Assembly (NCBI GenBank): GCA_963619535.1
Contig: CAVEWV010000002.1
Location: forward strand, 3,327 to 67,326
Direction of reading: 5' to 3'
Length of the DNA stretch: 64,000 nucleotides
Source: Acutalibacteraceae bacterium
GTDB taxonomy: Bacteria; Actinomycetota; Coriobacteriia; Coriobacteriales; UMGS124
In this document: piece after piece, positions 33,262 through 41,354 of the stretch
Layout: every line of letters begins with the position of its first letter
Numbering within the stretch: position 1 is the first letter of the stretch
Made by a program: the position numbers and the translations under genes
The notes under the pieces: model-generated
Seen by the model: only the letters and a program-made list of their open reading frames with translations
What the model was told of the DNA's origin: nothing
Databases searched by the model: none

Positions 33262-33320
33262 AAAACCTTTGTTTTCCCCGCACACAAACAAAGGTTATCA
33301 GATAACCTTTGTTTTCCGAC
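33262..33320. promoter_or_regulatory. Cluster of inverted and direct repeats 60-120 bp upstream of the Fic gene (candidate operator/promoter region)
   Basis: AACCTTTGTTTT (33264-33275) pairs with AAACAAAGGTT (33286-33296). AAGGTTATCAGATAACCTT (33291-33309) is a palindrome with 9-bp arms. AACCTTTGTTTTCC is repeated at 33304-33317. Confidence 0.35.
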
Positions 33321-33649
33321 ACAACATCGCAAGGTTTTACCATTCCCAAACGCGCGGCAAATAGAACAAACGACATCGCCTGGATCCAGACGACGATGCC
33401 GGGTGTCCCGCCGGCATCTCTGTTCCTTATCATCCATGGGAACATGGCACTGTGCGGCGTTTTGTGTTTGCTCAGATTTTATTAGTAAAGATTTCCGAGT
33501 AAACCACGACATGAGCATCCTGGCCATCCCACGGACATCACGGCTCCTCTTTAGCCCTAACTTGGTATGGCAATCGAATAAAGTGGTACTCGTTGGTATA
33601 TAAGCCCCTCAATCAGCCCCTGCGCTGCCTCGCGGGCGGAACCCTCCCG

Positions 33650-34148
33650 TATAGTTCTCCTCGTCAACAAAGAGCGGCCCAAACGAAGGCCGCCCGCAAC
33701 CGAAAGGACTTTCCCATGCTGAAGATCTCCGCTCGCAACCAGTTCGCCGGCACCGTCACCTCCGTGGAGAAGGGCGCCGTCAACGCCGTCGTGGCCATCG
33801 AGGTCGCCCCCGGCAAGATCGTCAAGGCCGACATCACCTGCGAGGCCGTGGACGACCTGGGCCTGGAGGCCGGCAAGCCCGCCATCGCCGTCGTGAAGGC
33901 CACCAACGTCATGTTCGCCGAGGCCGGCCAGCACCTGCAGATCTCTGCCCGCAACCAGTTCTGCGGCACGGTGACCAAGGTCCAGAAGGGCGCCGTCAAC
34001 GGCCACGTGGCCATCGCCACCGAGTACGGCCTGACCGTCTCCGGCTCCATCACCAACGCCGCCATCGAGGAGCTCGGCCTCGAGGAGGGCAAGCCCGCCG
34101 TCGCCTTCGTCAAGAGCACCGACGTGCTCGTGGCCGTCGAGGCCTAAG
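33650..34148 (+). repeat. Right copy of the 499-bp direct repeat
   Basis: See 31330-31828. The offset is 2320 bp, and identity ends right after the TAA stop plus one base. Confidence 0.85.
33716..34147 (+). CDS. Di-Mop molybdate-binding protein, copy 2 (identical protein to copy 1)
   Basis: The translation is identical to that of 31396-31827. Confidence 0.85.
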   Translation: MLKISARNQFAGTVTSVEKGAVNAVVAIEVAPGKIVKADITCEAVDDLGLEAGKPAIAVVKATNVMFAEAGQHLQISARNQFCGTVTKVQKGAVNGHVAIATEYGLTVSGSITNAAIEELGLEEGKPAVAFVKSTDVLVAVEA

Positions 34149-34181
34149 GCTTGGGCTTAGAACCAGCCTGCACAGCAAAAA

Positions 34182-34223
34182 CCCCGCACCACCATGCGAA
34201 CAGGCAGGTGGCGCGGGGTTTTT
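34182..34223. terminator. Intrinsic terminator after mop copy 2 (possibly bidirectional, also facing the ABC binding-protein gene)
   Basis: The stem CCCCGCACCACC/GGTGGCGCGGGG (34182-34193/34207-34218, one mismatch) is followed by TTTTT, with AAAAA preceding the stem. Confidence 0.7.
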
Positions 34224-34360
34224 GCGTTTGGGGGACATCTCCGCCCGAGCGAAGCCACAGCAGGCCCACCACGCAAAAAGCCGCCGCCCATGCCTTGCGG
34301 GCACGGACGGCGGCTTGGGTGCGCACGGGTGCGGGCGCGCCGAGATATGCGACTCGGGGG

Positions 34361-35500
34361 CTACTCGCTGAGCTCCTGCTCGCACACCAGGACGGCGTTC
34401 TTGGTGATCTCGTTGAACTCGTCCTCGGACAGGTCGTACTGGTACATGGTCTTGTAGTAGGCGGCGACGGTCTCGTACATGTCGTCGTCAAACTGCTCGG
34501 GGTACAGCACACGGGCGAGCCACTGCATGCCCATGACCTGGTTCACGGAAGGCGGGCCGTTGAGCCAGTTGAAGGGCTCGCTGGGAACCTCGCAGTAGTT
34601 GCCCGTCTCGATGGCGGTCAGGCCCTGCCAGGTGGCGTCGGTGCCGGCCAGCTCATAGGCGCTCTTCGGGGCAAAGACGATCACCTGGGGGTTCCAGTTG
34701 GCGATCTGCTCCATGTCGGTCTCGTTGGACTTGCCGGAGGGGTCGTCCACCACGGCCACGTTGTCGGCCACCATGTCGATGACGTTGGCCTGGTAGGAGC
34801 CGTTGGCCAGGCAGGACAGGCCGTCGTCGCCCGTGAGGTAGAGCACGTCGGTGCGCTCCTCCTCGGGAATCTGAGCCATCACGTCGGAGACCTCCTTGTA
34901 GGAGGCGTCGCAGTAGTCGGCGATCTCGTTGGCGCGGTCCTCAACGCCGAGCAGCTCGCCCAGGGTGCGGTAGCAGTCGCCGTAGGTGTCGAGGCTGCTG
35001 GAGATGTGCACGCAGGGAATGCCGAGCTGCTCCTGCAGGGCGTCGAGGTCGTCGGCCATGCCGTCCTTGACCTCGCCCACGTCGATGACGATCTGGGCGC
35101 CGGAGGCAGCGACCTCCTCGCGGTTGAAGTCGCCCTTGGCGCCGAAGATGGCGCCCACCTCGGTGAGGCCGGCGTACTCCTCGCCGAAGAAGTGGGCCTG
35201 CGAGTCGGTGAGGCTGCTGGCCAGGCACACCATCTTCTCGGGAGCGACGGTCATGAGCACCTGCTGGGCAAGGTAGCCCGAGGGCGCGATGGCCGTGATC
35301 TCGGCGGGAATCTCCACCGTGCGGCCCAGCGAGTCGGTGAACTCGCGGGTCTCGCTTGCCTGGGCCGTCTTGGCCGCATCGTCGCCCGAGGTAGCACCGG
35401 CGGCGAAGGCCACGGGCGCCACGGCAAGGCCGCAGGCCAGGGCTGCCGAGCACAGCGCGACGACGAACGTGCGACGGCTTGCGTTTCTAACCATCCTCAT
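34361..35500 (-). CDS. ABC transporter substrate-binding protein, iron-siderophore/heme/cobalamin (class III PBP) type
   Basis: It has a signal peptide (RRTFVVALCSAALACGLAVAPVAFA) and reads FTDSLGRTVEIPAEITAIAPSG...PQVIVFAP..., typical of the FecB/BtuF-like fold. The start was set at ATG 35500 (35494 is an alternative). Confidence 0.8.
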   Translation of the reverse strand: MRMVRNASRRTFVVALCSAALACGLAVAPVAFAAGATSGDDAAKTAQASETREFTDSLGRTVEIPAEITAIAPSGYLAQQVLMTVAPEKMVCLASSLTDSQAHFFGEEYAGLTEVGAIFGAKGDFNREEVAASGAQIVIDVGEVKDGMADDLDALQEQLGIPCVHISSSLDTYGDCYRTLGELLGVEDRANEIADYCDASYKEVSDVMAQIPEEERTDVLYLTGDDGLSCLANGSYQANVIDMVADNVAVVDDPSGKSNETDMEQIANWNPQVIVFAPKSAYELAGTDATWQGLTAIETGNYCEVPSEPFNWLNGPPSVNQVMGMQWLARVLYPEQFDDDMYETVAAYYKTMYQYDLSEDEFNEITKNAVLVCEQELSE

Positions 35501-35587
35501 TCCTTTCTCTCGTACCTTTGGGCCCGAAGGCCCCCTTGTATGGCAGACCGCCGGCACATCCGGTGCAGGCGGGTAGAACAACGTGTA

Positions 35588-36406
35588 TCACGCGCTCGAG
35601 CCGGGCGCAGGGCCGGGGTCGGATGCTGCGCGCACCTCGCGGGTGGGCACGGCCACGCGCACGCGGTCGTCGTAGAGCGAGTTGATCTCGACCTCGACGC
35701 CGTAGATGTCGGAGATGAGCCCGGCCGTGATGACGTCCTTGGGGTCGCCGTAGGCCTTGACGCGCCCGTCGTATATGACGAGCGTCTTGTCGGCATAGAG
35801 AAACGCCTGGTCGGGCTGGTGGGTAGACTGGATGATCGAGAGCCCTTCGCGCGCGAGCTGCCGCACGCACGACAGCACGCGCACGGTGTTGCCATAGTCC
35901 AGGGCGCTCGTGGGCTCGTCCATGATGATGGTCGTGGCATTCTGGGCCAGGGCGCGCGCGATGAGCACCATCTGCTGCTCGCCGCCCGAGATCTCGGTGT
36001 AGGGGCGGTGCGCCAGGTGCGAGATACCGATCTTCTCAAGCGCCTCCATGGCACGGCTCACATGGGGCTTGCCGGGGTTGTTGAAAAGCCCCAGGTCGGT
36101 GCCCGTGCTCATGAGCACCACGTCGAGCACCTCGTAGTCGTACACCGAGGAGTGCGACTGCGGGATGTACGAGATGAGCTTGGCGCGCTCACGGATGGGC
36201 ATCTGGCGCAGGTCGCGCCCGTTGACGAGGACGCGGCCGGTGTAGGAGTCGTTCAGGCACAGGATGCAGCGGAACAGCGTGGACTTGCCCACGCCGTTGG
36301 GGCCGAGCACGTTGACAAGCGTGCGGTCGGGGATGGTCAGGCTGATGTCGTGCAGGATCTCGCGCGACCCGTATGAGAAGCTCAGATGCTCGACCTCGAT
36401 AGGCAT
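35588..36406 (-). CDS. ABC transporter ATP-binding protein (FecE/FepC-like)
   Basis: Walker A is GPNGVGKST, the signature is ISGGEQQ and Walker B is IIMDEPTSALD. Confidence 0.9.
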   Translation of the reverse strand: MPIEVEHLSFSYGSREILHDISLTIPDRTLVNVLGPNGVGKSTLFRCILCLNDSYTGRVLVNGRDLRQMPIRERAKLISYIPQSHSSVYDYEVLDVVLMSTGTDLGLFNNPGKPHVSRAMEALEKIGISHLAHRPYTEISGGEQQMVLIARALAQNATTIIMDEPTSALDYGNTVRVLSCVRQLAREGLSIIQSTHQPDQAFLYADKTLVIYDGRVKAYGDPKDVITAGLISDIYGVEVEINSLYDDRVRVAVPTREVRAASDPGPAPGSSA

Positions 36407-37492
36407 TTAGACCTTCCTCCCCTTCGTGATGAGGTAGAGGAAGAACGGCGCCCCCACGAAGGCCGTGAGGATGCCGATGGGGATCTCCATCGTGGTGGCC
36501 ACGCGCGCGATGTCGTCCACCAGCAGGAGGAACCCCGCGCCCATCACCATCGACGCGGGCAGGAGCTTGCGGTAGTCGCAGCCCACGAGCATCCGGCACA
36601 GGTGCGGGATCACGAGGCCCACCCAGCCGATCATGCCCGACACGGCCACGCTCGAGGCGGTGACGAGCGTGGCGGCCACCATCACGAGCAGGCGCACGAG
36701 GCGGGCGTTGACGCCCATCGTGGCGGCCTCGTCGTCGCCCATCGTGAGGATGTTGATACGCCAGCGCAGGGCGAACAGCATGGCGAGACCCACCGCCATG
36801 GGCACGGCCACGAGCTGGATGTCGGCGAACTTGGCGCCGGTGAGGCTGCCCATGAGCCAGTAGGTGATGGCCGGCAGCGTGTCATTGGGGTCGGCGACGA
36901 GCTTGGTGTAGGAGACGCCCGCCGAGAACAGCGAGCTCACCATGACGCCCGCCAGGATGACCACCGTGATGGGGTTACCCCGGGCATGCATGGAGATGAA
37001 CACCACGAGCGCCACCGTGACCAGCGAGAACACGAAGGCCCACAGCGAGATCTGGATCGACGACAGCCCCATGAGGATGGCGATGGCCGCGCCCAGGGCC
37101 GCGCCCTGCGAGGCGCCCAGGAGGTCGGGCGAGACGAGCGGGTTCTGGAACGTCCCCTGGAAGGCCGCGCCGGCCGCCGACAGGCAGCACCCCACGAGCA
37201 GGGCGAGCACGATGCGCGGGGCGCGCACGTTGAAGAAGATGGATGCCTGCTGGTTGGTCCAGGACTGCTCCACGAGGTCGGGCGCCACCTGGTTCGCCAG
37301 CATCGCCGCGGCGTCGAGCGGCGTGATGGGGAAGCGCCCCAGCAAAAGCGAGGAGCCCGCGAGCACGGCCACGACCACGGCCATGACGGCGATGATCGCC
37401 GACTCGTGGCCCTGCGACCAGCGCGCCTGCTTCGTGTTGTTTGCACCGTGGGGCACGGGCACGTCCTTTGCAGTGGGGGGCTGTCTGGGCAC
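36407..37492 (-). CDS. ABC transporter permease, FecCD/BtuC family
   Basis: It has about 10 hydrophobic helices and reads RAPRIVLALLVGCCLSAAGAAFQGTFQNPLVSPDLLG, typical of FecCD. Its stop abuts the ATPase start. Confidence 0.85.
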   Translation of the reverse strand: MPRQPPTAKDVPVPHGANNTKQARWSQGHESAIIAVMAVVVAVLAGSSLLLGRFPITPLDAAAMLANQVAPDLVEQSWTNQQASIFFNVRAPRIVLALLVGCCLSAAGAAFQGTFQNPLVSPDLLGASQGAALGAAIAILMGLSSIQISLWAFVFSLVTVALVVFISMHARGNPITVVILAGVMVSSLFSAGVSYTKLVADPNDTLPAITYWLMGSLTGAKFADIQLVAVPMAVGLAMLFALRWRINILTMGDDEAATMGVNARLVRLLVMVAATLVTASSVAVSGMIGWVGLVIPHLCRMLVGCDYRKLLPASMVMGAGFLLLVDDIARVATTMEIPIGILTAFVGAPFFLYLITKGRKV

Positions 37493-37550
37493 ATCGCCTG
37501 GAATAGCGGCAAACTTCGGGCGAGTATGAAGGAATTGCGAAGGGCTGTAA

Positions 37551-37564
37551 GTTGCATATGCAAC
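37551..37564. promoter_or_regulatory. 14-bp perfect palindrome GTTGCATATGCAAC upstream of the ABC transporter operon (candidate operator)
   Basis: It lies 59-72 bp upstream of the permease start and extends imperfectly to AAGTTGCATATGCAACCT. Confidence 0.3.
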
Positions 37565-37577
37565 CTAGGAGCCGCTC

Positions 37578-37617
37578 AAAACGCGAAAGGCCCAACCGCT
37601 CGCGACGAGCGGCTGGG
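37578..37617 (-). terminator. Terminator downstream of the flavoprotein gene pair
   Basis: The minus strand reads CCCAGCCGCTCG-TCG-CGAGCGGTTGGG (a 12-bp stem with one G-U pair), followed by CCTTTCGCGTTTT. It lies 40 nt after the stop at 37658. Confidence 0.6.
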
Positions 37618-37657
37618 CCCAGTTGACAGGGGGTCGCGACGCCCGAGGGGTTGGGGG

Positions 37658-39484
37658 TTACTCCTCGGTGGCGGCGCACATACCGGCGATGTAGCCGGTG
37701 GTGATCACGCGGCCCAGGCCGTGGATGCGCATGCCGCCGGAAGACTCACCGCCGCAGTACAGGCCGGGGATGACCTGGCCGAACAGGTCCATGACCTGCA
37801 TCTTGCGGTTCACGCGCAGGCCCGTGGTGCAGTCGTGGAAGCCCGGGGTGGACCAGGCGGCGTAGAAGGGGCCGGTCTCGATCTTGTCGGTCATGCCCTC
37901 CTTGCCGAAGTCCTCGTCGACGCCCTTGTCCACCAGCTCGTTGTAGCGCTTGACGGTGGCCACGAGGGTCTCGGGGTCCATCTTGATCTGCTCGTAGTAC
38001 TTGTTCACGACCTTCTCGGCCAGCTCCTCAAGGGTGTCGGCCTCGAAGAAGCGCCCGTCCTCGCGGTCGACGGCGGTGTCGTCGATCGTCCAATCCTCGC
38101 GCTCGACGGCCTTGGCGTCGAAGATGGTCCAGAGGGGCCCGCCGTAGCGGTGCAGCTCGCCGTCCTCGGGGTCGGTGGTGAGGACGCTGGCGAAGGCGGC
38201 GGCGTTCCAGTCGGTGGAGGAGTCGGACTCGTCGGCGAAGCGCTCGCCCAGCATGTTCACCTGCAGCAGGTTCGACCAGTCGTAGACGCGCAGGCCCGTG
38301 GCGCGGGAGAGCTTGAAGAGGGGCGAGGTGGGCTGGACGGTGGCGTAGGAGTCGGTGTACTGGGTGCCGATCATGGCCGCCTTGGTGAGGAAGGAGTCGC
38401 CGATGACCTGGTTGGCCACGTCGCCCAGGATGGCGCCGACGGACATGGCCGCGATCTCGCCGGAGGCGTCCTTGGGGCAGAAGGGGTCGCCGGAGGTGCA
38501 GTCGTACTCCACGCCGCGGCGCGCGTCGATCATCGTGCGGAACCAGACGTTGCCCGACGAGCCGCCCGTGGCGATGATGACGGCCTTGTTGGCGCGGACG
38601 TTGACGGTCTCCTTCGTCTCGTCGATGTTGCCGTCGGAGAAGGGGCTGAGCGGGGCGAGCGGCTCGGTCTCGCCGGGCAGGATGGTGGGCGAGTAGTGCG
38701 CCTGCACGCCCACGACGCGGCCGGTGAGCACGCCCTCGCGGTAGAGCTTGTCCATGTGGTAGTTCAGCAGGAACTGCGCGCCGGCCTCACGGGCGCTGCG
38801 CTCGAGCGGGCGGGTGATGGCGATGCCGCAGCGGTCCTGGTAGGCGCCGTCCTGGGAGGGCGACAGGTAGTCGGCGTAGGAGACCCAGTCCTCGGTGGTC
38901 TGGTCGGCGTAGGTCCAGCGGGCCACGCTCTCGGGCTGGTCGCCGCCCTCGGTGTAGTCGGGCAGGTGCATGGGCTCGACGTCCTTGACGAGCACGCCCT
39001 TCTCCTGGATGTACTCGTAGGCCTGCGCCATGTTGTCGGCCACGGAGCGCACCACGTCGCGGTCGCCGTAGATGGAGTTGATGCACAGGGGCGTGGTGTG
39101 GTCCTCGTAGTACTTGTCGGCGCTGTCCTCGATGCCGTACTTCTCCTGGATCTTGGTGCCGCAGCCGGAGTGCATGTTGCCGCCGGACAGGGCGCAGCGG
39201 CCGCCGCAGTCGTAGTTGGCGTCGACGAAGAGCACCGACAGGCCCTCGTCCAGGGCGCGCACGCCGGCGGGCAGGCCCGCGCCGCCCGCGCCGATGACGA
39301 CGATGTCGGCCTCGTAGTCCCACTCCACCTCGGCGGGGTCGGTGTAGCCGGCCACGAGCGTGCCGTCGGTGACCTCGATGTTGTGGTCGACGTCGGCAAG
39401 CGCGCTAGAGGCGCCGGCGGCGGCCAGGGCCGCCATGCCGGCGGCGGCGCAGACCATGGAGCGGCGGGAGATGTTCTCAGACAT
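37658..39484 (-). CDS. Tat-exported FAD-dependent oxidoreductase (fumarate reductase/KsdD-like flavoprotein), substrate unknown
   Basis: It starts MSENISRRSMVCAAAGMAALAAAGASSALA (twin-arginine leader). The dinucleotide fold is DIVVIGAGGAGLPAG and the C-terminal FAD contact is GLYCGGESSGG. GAGAGGAA lies before the ATG. Confidence 0.85.
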   Translation of the reverse strand: MSENISRRSMVCAAAGMAALAAAGASSALADVDHNIEVTDGTLVAGYTDPAEVEWDYEADIVVIGAGGAGLPAGVRALDEGLSVLFVDANYDCGGRCALSGGNMHSGCGTKIQEKYGIEDSADKYYEDHTTPLCINSIYGDRDVVRSVADNMAQAYEYIQEKGVLVKDVEPMHLPDYTEGGDQPESVARWTYADQTTEDWVSYADYLSPSQDGAYQDRCGIAITRPLERSAREAGAQFLLNYHMDKLYREGVLTGRVVGVQAHYSPTILPGETEPLAPLSPFSDGNIDETKETVNVRANKAVIIATGGSSGNVWFRTMIDARRGVEYDCTSGDPFCPKDASGEIAAMSVGAILGDVANQVIGDSFLTKAAMIGTQYTDSYATVQPTSPLFKLSRATGLRVYDWSNLLQVNMLGERFADESDSSTDWNAAAFASVLTTDPEDGELHRYGGPLWTIFDAKAVEREDWTIDDTAVDREDGRFFEADTLEELAEKVVNKYYEQIKMDPETLVATVKRYNELVDKGVDEDFGKEGMTDKIETGPFYAAWSTPGFHDCTTGLRVNRKMQVMDLFGQVIPGLYCGGESSGGMRIHGLGRVITTGYIAGMCAATEE

Positions 39485-39526
39485 GGGTGGTTCCTCTCTT
39501 CTCAGTCAGTGGTTCCTGCGCGGGGC

Positions 39527-41188
39527 CTAGCGGCTCGCGACGAGCTCGGTGACGGTGGTGTCCTTGGCAAGGGCCTCGCCGATGAGCTGGCCGAACACGA
39601 GCGACCGGCCCGTGGAGCAGCCCGGGCAGTGCACGGGGTAGTTGAAGCCGAAGAAGTCGCCCTGGGCGTTGCCGGCGGCGAAGAGGCCGGCGATGGGCTC
39701 ATCGTCGTCGGTGCAGACCTGCGAGTCGTCGTTGACGTGCACGCCGTAGACGACGGCCAGGTTGGAGGCGTGGATCGGGATGGCGTAGAAGGGGGCCTGC
39801 TGCACGGGCGAGAGCCAATCGGCAACCACGCCGAACTGCGTGTCCTCGCCCTTCTCGGCCATGCCGTTGTAGCCCTCCACGGCGGCGGCGAAGTTCTCGG
39901 CGGGCACGCCGATGAGCTCGGCCAGCTCCTCGACGGTGTCGGCACAGAACACCTCGCCGTCGGCCACGCGCTCCTCAAGCTCGCCGGGGATACCCTCGAG
40001 CATGGACTCGTAGCCCTCCGGGAACTGCTTGGTCACGTACTCGGCGTAGTTGGAGTCGATGATGGACCAGGCGACGTTGCCCTTGGAGTTCATGCGGGCG
40101 TCGGTGATGAAGGGCTCGAAGGGCATCTCGTTCATGAAGCGGTTGCCGTCGGAGTTCACGGCGAGCATGGAGAGGAAGAACGCCGTGCACTGGTAGCTGC
40201 GCGTCTGGATCGTGAACTGGTGGATCATCGGGGCAGAGGGGCTCTTGGACAGGCCGCCGCCGATCCACTTCACCATGAGGTCGGCGTCGCCGGTGTTGGC
40301 GCCGGCAGGCACGTAGGCGCTCTCGTCGGCGCGGTTCTTGATGGGGGCCCAGCAGTCGATCATCTCCTGGTTGCCGGAGATGTCGCCCGTGGCCAGCACC
40401 ACGCCCTTCTTGGCGTTGAACTGGATGTACTTGCCGTCGGCGTCGGAGGCGATGACGCCGGTCACGCCCTGCGCCGCGCTGCCCACGAGCTGCTCGGCGT
40501 GCGTGTTGAAGAAGTACTCGCAGCCGTTGTCGGTGGCCGACTTGATGAGGACGTCGCCCAGGTTCTGGTGCGGCTCCTTGCCGTCGGGGCGGTCGAACAC
40601 GCCCCATTCGTCGTTGGAGAAGCGCACGGCGTCCTGGAACACGATGTAGCGCTCGGGCATCTGGTCCCAGCCGGCCTTGGAGGTGCCGCCCGTGGAGGGC
40701 TCCACCGTCACGCCGTTGGCCGCGCACAGCTCGGTGACGTAGTCGAGCACGCCTGCGGTTTGCGTGGCCCAGGTGTGGATGAGGTTGTAGTTGGCCGTCT
40801 GCTGGCTGGCGGCGTACATGAGGCGGGCGGCCTTGTCGGGGTCGATCTCCAGGCCGTTGTCCTTGAGCACCTTCGACCCGATGGCGCACATGTCCAGGCC
40901 GCAGAAGCGCCCGCACTCGCTGCGCTCGACGACGCACACGCTCGCACCGAAGCGGGCCGCGGCCTCGGCGGCGCCCATGCCGGCCATGCCGCCGCCCACG
41001 ACGACGACGTCGTACTCGTGCGTCTCGGCGATGTCGGTGATGGGGTCGGGGGCGACCTCCCAGGTGTGCTTGCCCACGACCGCGGCCTGGGCGGCCTCGT
41101 CGGCCAGGGCGACGCCGCTTGCGGCAACGCTGAGGGCCGCGCCTGCGGCTGCGGTGCTTACAAAGGTCCTTCTCGTGATGTCTGCCAT
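39527..41188 (-). CDS. Second Tat-exported FAD-dependent oxidoreductase, divergent paralogue-like, substrate unknown
   Basis: It starts MADITRRTFVSTAAAGAALSVAASGVALA. The dinucleotide fold is DVVVVGGGMAGMGAA, and it also carries GLFAAGNAQGDFFG. It lies 42 nt upstream of the first reductase gene on the same strand. Confidence 0.85.
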   Translation of the reverse strand: MADITRRTFVSTAAAGAALSVAASGVALADEAAQAAVVGKHTWEVAPDPITDIAETHEYDVVVVGGGMAGMGAAEAAARFGASVCVVERSECGRFCGLDMCAIGSKVLKDNGLEIDPDKAARLMYAASQQTANYNLIHTWATQTAGVLDYVTELCAANGVTVEPSTGGTSKAGWDQMPERYIVFQDAVRFSNDEWGVFDRPDGKEPHQNLGDVLIKSATDNGCEYFFNTHAEQLVGSAAQGVTGVIASDADGKYIQFNAKKGVVLATGDISGNQEMIDCWAPIKNRADESAYVPAGANTGDADLMVKWIGGGLSKSPSAPMIHQFTIQTRSYQCTAFFLSMLAVNSDGNRFMNEMPFEPFITDARMNSKGNVAWSIIDSNYAEYVTKQFPEGYESMLEGIPGELEERVADGEVFCADTVEELAELIGVPAENFAAAVEGYNGMAEKGEDTQFGVVADWLSPVQQAPFYAIPIHASNLAVVYGVHVNDDSQVCTDDDEPIAGLFAAGNAQGDFFGFNYPVHCPGCSTGRSLVFGQLIGEALAKDTTVTELVASR

Positions 41189-41354
41189 GAGCTTTCCCCT
41201 TCTGCTCCTTGGCGGCCGGCTTGCCGGCGCACCAGACGATGCCCGTCCGCACTCGGTGGGTGCGGCTTGTGCTGGGCATCAGTTTGGGCAGGGAGGGCCT
41301 GGCTCAAAACGTGCGGAAAACACGACCCAGGCAGAATCACGTGAAGCTGTGGAG

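Noticed and set aside
33189-33527. A 112-aa minus-strand ORF overlapping the Fic start, as a possible small antitoxin (VbhA-like).
   Set aside because: Its translation is Cys/Arg-rich with no helical inhibitory (S/T)xxxE(G/N) motif. It reads straight through the palindromic repeat cluster. The Fic protein already carries the inhibitory motif in cis.
31330-34148. The Fic/mop segment as a transposon, IS element or integrative element.
   Set aside because: There is no transposase, integrase or recombinase, no terminal inverted repeats, and no tRNA-end duplication. The flanking repeats are functional genes in direct orientation, so duplication or recombination is the more economical reading.
37493-37657. 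A cobalamin riboswitch or IdeR/DtxR iron box upstream of the FecBCD-type transporter.
   Set aside because: No B12-box-like core was seen. The palindrome arms resemble an iron box, but the inner spacing (8 nt versus 5 nt) is wrong.
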